From an uncultured Methanosarcinales archaeon (GTDB lineage: Archaea > Nanobdellota > Nanobdellia > Woesearchaeales > JAGWAF01), in assembly GCA_964414985.1 (NCBI GenBank), contig CAYPXA010000002.1, positions 87,513 to 151,512 on the forward strand: DNA of 64,000 bases. Direction: 5' to 3'. Shown here in pieces: positions 49,434 through 56,945 of this stretch. Every line of letters starts with the position of its first letter. The first letter of the stretch is position 1. The notes under the pieces were generated by a model that did no database searches, was not told where the DNA came from, and was given only the letters and a program-made list of their open reading frames with translations. A program made the position numbers and the translations under genes.

Positions 49434-50651
49434 CTACCAGTGCCCGAAGCATCTCTCAAGCGTTGCAGGCATTGCAATCTTGTGCTCGTTTGCAGCCTGT
49501 ATCACTTCATAATCCTTGTTTGAGCCGTAAGGCTGTATGATTGCCTTAACTCCGACAGATGCAATTGTGTCGATTGAATCCCTGAATGGAAAGAATGCGT
49601 CTGACGAGCACACTGCTCCCTCAAAAGGATTCTTTGAAAGGCATTCGCTTCCGACAATTCCCATAAGAGGATTGTACTTAATGCCTTCCCTGTCCATTGC
49701 CTTCTGCATTCCCTTGACTATTGCCTGCTCTACTGCGCCTACCCTCTCAACCTGGCCAGAGCCGATTGCAACCGATATTCCGTCTTTAACAAATACAACT
49801 CCGTTGCTTCTCGCGCCCGCAATATTCAGGTACCATGCAGTCAGAAGGTCGTCAACCTGCTCGGGTGTCGGCTCTGTTTCAATTGCATACTGCTTTTCCT
49901 TGTGAATAACCATTGGCCTTAGCACAAGGTTTTCAACCCCCTCTATTGAGGAAAGGTAAAGGTCCTGCACTCCCATCCTTCCGGTTGGCATTTCCTTTAG
50001 CGAGAAAAGGCCTTCCGTGTCTTCCCCCTTGAAAGCAGGCGGGAGAAAAATGTTTGAAAAGGAGGCAATCCTCATCTCTTTCCTGCTCTTTTCAAGATAA
50101 CCTACAACTCCCTCTTTATATCCTGGCGCTGCAATAACATCAATAAAGAATGGGTTTGTTCCCTTAAGCTCAAATATCGCTTCTGCTGTTTGCATGTCCA
50201 GCTCTTCTGGAAATACTGCTGTTCCTCCAAAGTTGCTTCTTAAGTCTGCATCTCTCGCGTACCTGAAAAGCTCTGCCATTGACTGGCTTTCTTTTGTCTG
50301 CTTTGCAAATCCTGAAACAATGTTGTGCTTCATTATTGCAACTGCAGGTGTTTCACTGAAACTGAAAAACTTCAGCACATCAATTGCCCTTGTTATGTCC
50401 ATCTCATTTGTGAGGGACAGCCCGCCTTTTCCTTCGTGGACAGGCTTTAAATCTGTATCTTCTGCGATTGACTTTGTCTTTTTCCCTCCAATGGAAAAGA
50501 TGTGGTATGTTGCGCAGTGCTGCGACGGGTTCTCGCCGTATTTTTTGTGGGAATCCAGTTCAAGCACAATGGGAAGGATTTGCGGAAAGTCTCCTTCGTT
50601 TCTCTCCCTGTATGCCAGTTTCATTTTTGAAATATCTTGTGGTTCTGCCAT
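49434..50651 (-). CDS. purH: AICAR transformylase (PurH, AICARFT domain only, archaeal short form)
   Basis: KYGENPSQ, AVAIMKHNIVSG, SNFGGTAVF, AIGSGQVERV motifs of AICARFT domain; no MGS-like IMPCH domain. Confidence 0.75.
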   Translation of the reverse strand: MAEPQDISKMKLAYRERNEGDFPQILPIVLELDSHKKYGENPSQHCATYHIFSIGGKKTKSIAEDTDLKPVHEGKGGLSLTNEMDITRAIDVLKFFSFSETPAVAIMKHNIVSGFAKQTKESQSMAELFRYARDADLRSNFGGTAVFPEELDMQTAEAIFELKGTNPFFIDVIAAPGYKEGVVGYLEKSRKEMRIASFSNIFLPPAFKGEDTEGLFSLKEMPTGRMGVQDLYLSSIEGVENLVLRPMVIHKEKQYAIETEPTPEQVDDLLTAWYLNIAGARSNGVVFVKDGISVAIGSGQVERVGAVEQAIVKGMQKAMDREGIKYNPLMGIVGSECLSKNPFEGAVCSSDAFFPFRDSIDTIASVGVKAIIQPYGSNKDYEVIQAANEHKIAMPATLERCFGHW

Positions 50652-50652
50652 T

Positions 50653-51552
50653 TTACGCCTCGTTGAATTTGCTTAAGGTCTGGACCCTGTAGCTTTTTTC
50701 AGTTATCTCTTTTGCTGCAAGAGCAACCTTCCAGCTTGGCTCAAGCGAATTCCAAATCTTCTGCATCGAGCCTTCAAGCGAGTCTCCCAAAGGTATGATG
50801 AAAGGCTCTCCTTCAAATGAAGGCAGTGCATTGCTTCCAGGCATATATGTTGTCAGGCAGTGCCCATGCCCTTTTGTAAGGACAACTTCAAACAGGCTTC
50901 TCTGGCTTAGGAATTCCCTGTGGTTAAGCCCTGTCATCTCTCCTAGCTTAATGCAGACTTGCTCATTCAGCGCGTTGCCATTAAGCCCTTTTTCTTTAAG
51001 AGCCTCAACAATTGAGGGGCCATATTCTTCGACAGCTTCTTTCCAGAACTCTTTTGCCCTCGGGTCTGCCTTAATCAGCGACAGATAAGCCCTTCCAGGC
51101 AGGTCTTCAGAGCAGAATAAAGTTATTCTTGGAGTCAAGTTTGCCTGCGGAAATGCGTCAGGCTCGCAGTATCTTGTTTCAAGCGCTTCTATAAAGTCCC
51201 ATGCAGAAATCCCCCATCCAGTCTGCTCAAAAGAGTCATGAACAGTGTCTGTCTGGTCTCCGTTGCTTGCAATGTGTGCAGCATAATTTCCATTCATAGT
51301 CTTCAAAGACCTCATTGCATTGTAGATTACAAGCTCAGGATTCTTCATCTTTGAAGGGTCGCGCGCCTTTGTCCTTACAATGTCTCCTTCAGTTTCATAA
51401 ATCCTGTTCTGGCTGTTCTCGCTCCTGCCCATAATCCACGCAAACTGCATAATATTCCCATTCTTTCCTTTGCCTACAGCAATTCCCCTGCAGGGGTTGT
51501 CATTAAGCTTTTCGTCAAGATTCTTTTCTGCAATTTCATCTATCGATGCCAT
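50653..51552 (-). CDS. purO: archaeal IMP cyclohydrolase PurO-like
   Basis: N-terminal CRGIAVGKGKNGNIMQFAWIMGRSENSQNR parallels PurO [29 protein letters not shown]; adjacent to purH. Confidence 0.6.
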   Translation of the reverse strand: MASIDEIAEKNLDEKLNDNPCRGIAVGKGKNGNIMQFAWIMGRSENSQNRIYETEGDIVRTKARDPSKMKNPELVIYNAMRSLKTMNGNYAAHIASNGDQTDTVHDSFEQTGWGISAWDFIEALETRYCEPDAFPQANLTPRITLFCSEDLPGRAYLSLIKADPRAKEFWKEAVEEYGPSIVEALKEKGLNGNALNEQVCIKLGEMTGLNHREFLSQRSLFEVVLTKGHGHCLTTYMPGSNALPSFEGEPFIIPLGDSLEGSMQKIWNSLEPSWKVALAAKEITEKSYRVQTLSKFNEA

Positions 51553-51554
51553 TT

Positions 51555-52430
51555 TTATTCCTCCTTTAGACTCTTATATCCTGCAATTCCATTGATTTTC
51601 TTTTCTGAATCATTATCCAGAGTTATAAATCCTGGAACTCCCTTGTACAATGCAGTGTTTGCATTAACATCAATCATTATATTGCCAAGCGCAACTTCAA
51701 GAACAATTCTTGGCAGGATAACCCAGTCGCTTTTTTCCTTCAGCATGCTCTGAAGCGTTTTTGGGTTTTTTTCATTTCCTATTTCCAGCTTTGGCCCGAT
51801 TCCGAGAATAGGCCCGTCATCCATGTTTTCTCCTGCGCCTTTGTAAGGAGTTGCGAGAATCACGCTTGACCTCAAGTAATCAAGGCCTTCGTCCAGCGCC
51901 CTTTCAACAGGAACTGTGTGAAGCCCGACAAGATGCCTTTGCCCATTTTTCATGTAAGTAAGGTCTCCAGGGTGCACATTAAGGCAGGGAAACTCTTCCA
52001 TTATGTTTGTCAAAGGCTCAAACCCGCCGAAAACTCCAAAGTCAACTTGATACGGCTTTAGAATCATGCCCAATATTTTTGTGTATTCTTCCCTTGCTTT
52101 TCTGCCTTCTTCAGTCTTCAGCGTCTTTTTTACTTTCATCTCCCTGTGGAAGTCGCTTATGTCAAAAATGACAAGCTCTCTCTTCCACTCCTTGGCAATC
52201 TTATCGGCATTTGATGAATAGTTGTCTGTCACAATCACTCTCATTCTGAAAGGAGCATCCTCGCCAAGAGTCTGCTCAAGGCTTCTTTCAGATTCAAGCA
52301 CTTTTACAATGTTTGTGCCAGAGCCGCTCATAAAGCCTGCAACAACTGCCGGCGCATGAGGCTTTGGATTGTATACCCTTTCAATGCAATGGGCATCTTG
52401 GCTTTCCGGATTCAAATTTATTCTGTTCAT
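51555..52430 (-). CDS. purN: formyltransferase family protein (PurN-like GAR transformylase)
   Basis: SGSGTN N-terminal motif, NVHPG motif; located within pur operon. Confidence 0.6.
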   Translation of the reverse strand: MNRINLNPESQDAHCIERVYNPKPHAPAVVAGFMSGSGTNIVKVLESERSLEQTLGEDAPFRMRVIVTDNYSSNADKIAKEWKRELVIFDISDFHREMKVKKTLKTEEGRKAREEYTKILGMILKPYQVDFGVFGGFEPLTNIMEEFPCLNVHPGDLTYMKNGQRHLVGLHTVPVERALDEGLDYLRSSVILATPYKGAGENMDDGPILGIGPKLEIGNEKNPKTLQSMLKEKSDWVILPRIVLEVALGNIMIDVNANTALYKGVPGFITLDNDSEKKINGIAGYKSLKEE

Positions 52431-52448
52431 AGTATGTCACCTGATTTC

Positions 52449-53567
52449 CTAATTCACCAGCTCGTCAACTATCTTCTGCAGGCCTGAAATTATCCTTTCC
52501 TCCCTGGTTCTCAAATCAGGCACAAAAGGCTTTTTGAGAAGGTGCTGTATTCCTTCTATGTACCTTGCAGCAATCTCTATCCTCTGCTCTTCTGTGAAGC
52601 TTTCATCGCCTTTTGCCAGGCCTCTTGCAAATTCCTTTGAGTAGGAAATCGGGCTTATTTTGCTGATTTCGCCTTTCAGGAATTTTGCCATCTGCTGATT
52701 GTAGTCGTCACGCATCCAGAATCTTGAAGAGTCCATTGTCCAGATTTCGTCCCGCGAAACAATAATGCCTTTGGTGTTCTTGCCGTGCTCTGTTTTTGTG
52801 TCAACAGCAATCATTCCCCTTTCGCCCATAAACTGGTCAACAATGCCGAATGCAAAAATCGAGCCGTTCCTTATCTGCCTGTATTCTTCCGGAGTGCATA
52901 CTCCCATCTCAAATAATTTTGCAGGAGACACAGACTCATCATGCACATCTGACTTTGTTGAGGGAGTGTCCATTATATAAGGCAAAGGCCCGTTTGCAAC
53001 AAGGTTTTCAGGAAGCGTATGCCCGCAAAAGCTTCTGCTTCCTTTCATAAAATGCTGGTATAATGAGGTTGATGTCGGGCTTTCTGCCATAAATGCCCTT
53101 AGGACATTTTCAAAATCTATCGGCTCAAGGTTTTCTGCTGCAATGACAATTGAGCCGTCATCCAGCCCAGGCACTTCAAACTGCGATGTGCCGATTGCAT
53201 GCTCTACAAGCTTTCTCATGTAGTTGTGGTTTTCTGCAAGAATCTGGGCTTTGAATGGAACATATCCCCTGTTCACATCCTGGGTTGAGATTCTTTCAGT
53301 CCTTACCATCAGCCTTAGGGGAATTCCGTCTTTTGTTTCCAGCTCTGGATTTTCAAATACGCATTCTGCGCCTGTTTTTTTGTCAATATAATCCCCTTCT
53401 CCTCCAAAAATAGAATCTGAAACCTTTCCAGGCTTTACGCAAAATCCTTTCAGCTTGGGAACTGCGCCTGAATCAAGAATTTCCTGCGTTGTGACAATCT
53501 TCTTCTCATTTGCAATATACTTCATTGCAGCATCTTTTGCCTCATCCTTGCTCATGTATTTTTCCAT
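52449..53567 (-). CDS. purC: SAICAR synthetase (PurC) with N-terminal extension
   Basis: ERISTQDV (cf DRISAFD) and SRDEIWTMDSSRFW (cf GDEFSPDGSRLWD) motifs. Confidence 0.65.
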   Translation of the reverse strand: MEKYMSKDEAKDAAMKYIANEKKIVTTQEILDSGAVPKLKGFCVKPGKVSDSIFGGEGDYIDKKTGAECVFENPELETKDGIPLRLMVRTERISTQDVNRGYVPFKAQILAENHNYMRKLVEHAIGTSQFEVPGLDDGSIVIAAENLEPIDFENVLRAFMAESPTSTSLYQHFMKGSRSFCGHTLPENLVANGPLPYIMDTPSTKSDVHDESVSPAKLFEMGVCTPEEYRQIRNGSIFAFGIVDQFMGERGMIAVDTKTEHGKNTKGIIVSRDEIWTMDSSRFWMRDDYNQQMAKFLKGEISKISPISYSKEFARGLAKGDESFTEEQRIEIAARYIEGIQHLLKKPFVPDLRTREERIISGLQKIVDELVN

Positions 53568-53671
53568 ATCAGCATCTACCTCATCTGTTTTTTAGAATAT
53601 TATTTCAAAGGCTCTTCGCTTAGAATCTGGAATTTTGTTTATAAGCCCCATTGCGATTCGTGATTATCAAA

Positions 53672-53716
53672 TACTATATAAGTTTTTCCTGCGTTTTTTC
53701 GTCTAAAAAAGTGGTA
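53672..53716 (-). promoter_or_regulatory. purC-operon promoter: BRE/TATA (GGAAAAACTTATATA on coding strand) plus upstream conserved motif ACCACTTTTTTAGACGAAAAA
   Basis: Motif shared with purE upstream region. Confidence 0.45.
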
Positions 53717-53720
53717 AAAT

Positions 53721-54638
53721 CTAGCTCTTCATCACTTTTCCGTTCATCACAATATACTGGGGAGAGTTTTCAAGCGACTCTCTTTTTGCATTCATCTTTT
53801 TTGCATATTCCTGAATTGAGGGCTCATCCTCAAAAATCCTTGCAGCGAGCATTGCAGCGTTCCCTACTCCTGCAGAGCCCAATGGAAGAGTTCCTGTTGC
53901 GCGAAGCCCGTTAAATGAGCTCATGTACTTGTTTGCAAACCCTGCAAATGACTCTTTCTTTGAAGGGCACAAAAGCGCTATCTGGAACCCGCCTGAATCT
54001 GCAAGGGCATTGTCGATTGCTCTTGCTTCTGCGCATGAAAGCGTAAAATCCTCATTATAAACTGAAATAAGGAAGCTGCCCTTTGCCTTTTCACAGGCTT
54101 CATCTGCTGTTTTTCCGTCAATTGCGCCTATGCATTCCAGCCTGTCGCCTATTTTCAGTTCAGCAAATTTCGATTTGAGCAGCTCTATTGAGCCTTCGTT
54201 CTTTTGGCCATACTGCGCAACAAGCGCATTGCCTAATTTTTTTGTTTCAATTGCATACGCTATGTTGAGGCAGCTTTCAATGTTGTCTACGCCTGTGCAT
54301 ATCACAGGATGGTTTGGAGGCATCTCTGAAATTGAAAGGAATGCTGAAAGCCCTCCCCAGTAAGCATCAGACAACGGAACTCCTATGCTTACCTCATTTG
54401 GGTAAGTATAGCATGCCTCAATTATGCCAGGCAGTGCTGCAGACATTCCTGCTCCGCTTGCAATTGCCTTTGCTTCAGGAAGAACCATTTCAACCCTTGC
54501 AGGAGTGTTGTGGGCAGATGCAAACTTTACAATAACTCCCAGGTCAGGATTCTTTTGTGTGGCATTTACTATCCCATCTACAACCTTCTGGTTTTTCCAG
54601 TCTGAATCTGAGCCGAAAATAATTGTTATGCCTGCCAT
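53721..54638 (-). CDS. purE: N5-CAIR mutase / AIR carboxylase PurE, extended (305 aa) form with partial second PurE-like half
   Basis: GSDSD, SAHNTP, GAGMSAALPG, SISEMP motifs; C-terminal half repeats G-rich PurE segment (LPLGSAGVGNAAMLAARIF). Confidence 0.75.
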   Translation of the reverse strand: MAGITIIFGSDSDWKNQKVVDGIVNATQKNPDLGVIVKFASAHNTPARVEMVLPEAKAIASGAGMSAALPGIIEACYTYPNEVSIGVPLSDAYWGGLSAFLSISEMPPNHPVICTGVDNIESCLNIAYAIETKKLGNALVAQYGQKNEGSIELLKSKFAELKIGDRLECIGAIDGKTADEACEKAKGSFLISVYNEDFTLSCAEARAIDNALADSGGFQIALLCPSKKESFAGFANKYMSSFNGLRATGTLPLGSAGVGNAAMLAARIFEDEPSIQEYAKKMNAKRESLENSPQYIVMNGKVMKS

Positions 54639-54699
54639 TTTTTCCTCCGTTTTTTATTTTTGAATATTCTGCTTTGAAAAGAACAACATTGCGTATATA

Positions 54700-54745
54700 A
54701 TTTTTTCCCAATATTTTTCGTCTGAAAAAGTGGTTACATCGCTGT
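54700..54745 (-). promoter_or_regulatory. purE promoter: GGAAAAAATTATATACG plus upstream motif CCACTTTTTCAGACGAAAAA; GGAGG SD before ATG
   Basis: Paralogous to purC upstream region. Confidence 0.45.
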
Positions 54746-54851
54746 TTGCTGCCTTGCTTTTCTCCGCAACCTTTAAATAGCCCCATCTCATTCTGGGTGT
54801 ATTCTTATGCTGAGTCGGCGTGCTTAAGACCGGCTCGGGAGGTTTAAGAAA

Positions 54852-55250
54852 ATGGCAGAATTCAAAGCGGTTATAGGCTTGAAGAGCGGAAAATGCGTCC
54901 AGAAAGAGATTAAGGAAGACCAGGCTAAGCCTCTTCTCGGAATGAAGATAGGCGACAAAGTCAATGGAAATGAGATTGGCTTTGAAGGCTATGAGTTTGA
55001 GATAACAGGCGGAAGCGACTACTGCGGATTTCCAATGAGGAAAGACGTTGACGGCCAGGCAAGAAAAAGGATACTTGCAATCGGCGGAGTCGGCCTTAAG
55101 AAAGCTGGAAAGGGAATAAGGCAGAGGAAGACAGTCTGCGGAAACACAATCCACGCAAAGATTGCGCAGGTCAACCTCAAAGTCCTGAAAGAAGGAAAGG
55201 AAAGCCTTGAGCCTGCAGAAAGCAAGGCAGAAGAGAAGCCTGCTGAGTAA
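54852..55250 (+). CDS. rps6e: ribosomal protein S6e
   Basis: Close match to archaeal S6e pattern (KIGD...GYEFEITGGSD..GFPMR.D..G..RKRIL...G.G....KG.R.RKTV.GN.I...I.QVN.KV). Confidence 0.8.
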   Translation: MAEFKAVIGLKSGKCVQKEIKEDQAKPLLGMKIGDKVNGNEIGFEGYEFEITGGSDYCGFPMRKDVDGQARKRILAIGGVGLKKAGKGIRQRKTVCGNTIHAKIAQVNLKVLKEGKESLEPAESKAEEKPAE

Positions 55251-55358
55251 ATTCTCTTTTTTTATTGTTTTTTTTCTTTCTCAAGATATTGCTGCGGGCC
55301 TTTATTCAGAGCATGTTAATGGGAAAAGTTTAAATACTCAGTTTTTCTTTTTTGTATT

Positions 55359-56012
55359 ATGGCAAAAGAGGATGGCAAGGATGATGAACTGGATTTCTCA
55401 AGCCAGCAGTTTTTCATGCCAAGATTCAATACTCTTCATAATCTTGCAAAGGAGCAGCTAAGGCGAAGCGAGGTTTCATCAGCAAAGGAAACTTATTCAA
55501 GGATGCTTTCAATATACGACCAGATAAACAAGAGCCAGATAAGCACAAATGACAAGCAGATGGCTTATGGAAAGCTGATGTATGTTTTTACAGCGCTTTC
55601 AAATGATGAGGCATATGAGCCGATGACAGGGATAATGCCTCTTGCAAAATACATTGTGCCTGCATCAATGGTTGTTCTTGTACTCCTCATAATCTTCTTT
55701 GTCAAGCCTGAATTTTCGCTTACAGGACTTGTAGTTGCAGATTCAAACACTGCTCCATACTGGTCAGCTGAAGGCGCAGTCTTCAAGGTCAGCGGAGAAA
55801 CTTATATAAGCCTTGGCGCATACTTTGCTGATGCTGAAGGAGACGGACTTTCTTACTCTGTAGGCGCTGCTCCAGGCTTGCAGCTTTCAGTTGAGGGAAG
55901 CACTTTGAAGATTGTTCCTGAAGAATACGCATTCGGAAGGATAGCTGTTCCAATCACTGCTTCAGACTCAAGGAAAGAAACAACCTATTATGTTACTGCA
56001 GAAATAATCTGA
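55359..56012 (+). CDS. membrane-anchored protein with C-terminal cadherin-like domain
   Basis: TM helix; YFADAEGDGLSYSV...ITASD motif similar to 38165 protein repeats. Confidence 0.45.
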   Translation: MAKEDGKDDELDFSSQQFFMPRFNTLHNLAKEQLRRSEVSSAKETYSRMLSIYDQINKSQISTNDKQMAYGKLMYVFTALSNDEAYEPMTGIMPLAKYIVPASMVVLVLLIIFFVKPEFSLTGLVVADSNTAPYWSAEGAVFKVSGETYISLGAYFADAEGDGLSYSVGAAPGLQLSVEGSTLKIVPEEYAFGRIAVPITASDSRKETTYYVTAEII

Positions 56013-56052
56013 TTTCTTTGATTAATTTATTTTGCGATTTGCTGATAATGCT

Positions 56053-56148
56053 GCATTGCCGCGCTCCGTGTAGACAATTGGACAGCTTCGTTGCAGGAGT
56101 CACCTTTTGAAAGATGTCCAGAACAAGTACTTCGCTTGGCGGCAATGC
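56053..56148 (-). repeat. MITE-like intergenic repeat, copy 3 (~96 bp, inverted orientation); followed by 15-bp partial direct duplicate GCTTGGCGGCAATGC at 56170-56184
   Basis: Reverse complement aligns along full length with copies 1 and 2; TIR GCATTGCCGC/GCGGCAATGC. Confidence 0.7.
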
Positions 56149-56165
56149 TGCTTACTTTTTAATTA

Positions 56166-56903
56166 ATGTGCTTGGCGGCAATGCAGTTCATGCTGATTGT
56201 TATGTTTCTTGGTTTGATTAAACTCCCAAAAGCCTTTTATACTAATGTTTTCAAGATGTCAGCAATGCATAAAAACCTCAAGATTGTGTTGCTCTGCTTT
56301 GAGTTTGCAATTATATTTCTCGCTCTGCCTGTGCTCTACCTTATGTTTCCGATACTCCCAAAAATACCGCTCCTGCTTTTGATGACAATGTACTGCTTTG
56401 CAGCAATGATTATAGACAAGAAATTTCCAATCGGCTCGCTTATGGACGGAAAGGAAGCGCTCAAAAAGGAGATTAATCCAATAATGAAAAGGTTTGTGTT
56501 CTTTGCGCTTCTGATAGCTGCGCTTGTTTTTGCCTTTAGGAAAGAGCTGCTTTTCTCGTTTCCTTTGCAGAATGTATACCTTTGGGTCGGAGTAATGCTT
56601 TTGTACCCAATATTTTCAGCATACCCCCAGGAGCTTATCTACAGGTCTTTCTTCTTCTGGAGGTACAAGCAGATTTTCAAAAGCAAATTTTTGATAGGAA
56701 TGATGAGCGCATGGCTTTTTGCATTCATGCACATAGTCTATTTCAACCCTGTTGCAATACTCTTCTCTTTGATTGGAGGAATAATCTTTGCAAGGACTTA
56801 TGCGAGGACAAATTCGCTGCTGATAGTTGCATTTGAGCACGCGCTTTACGGAGCATATATCTTTACGATTGGACTGGGAGTTTATTTCTATTCGGGAATG
56901 TAG
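56166..56903 (+). CDS. CPBP family intramembrane metalloprotease (CAAX protease/Abi)
   Basis: EELIYRSFFF (EExxxR) and FAFMHIVYFN (FxxxH) motifs; start uncertain because first codons lie inside repeat fragment. Confidence 0.7.
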   Translation: MCLAAMQFMLIVMFLGLIKLPKAFYTNVFKMSAMHKNLKIVLLCFEFAIIFLALPVLYLMFPILPKIPLLLLMTMYCFAAMIIDKKFPIGSLMDGKEALKKEINPIMKRFVFFALLIAALVFAFRKELLFSFPLQNVYLWVGVMLLYPIFSAYPQELIYRSFFFWRYKQIFKSKFLIGMMSAWLFAFMHIVYFNPVAILFSLIGGIIFARTYARTNSLLIVAFEHALYGAYIFTIGLGVYFYSGM

Positions 56904-56945
56904 ATTTAAGAAAAGTTTATATACCCATAATCAAAAATCAGCAGT

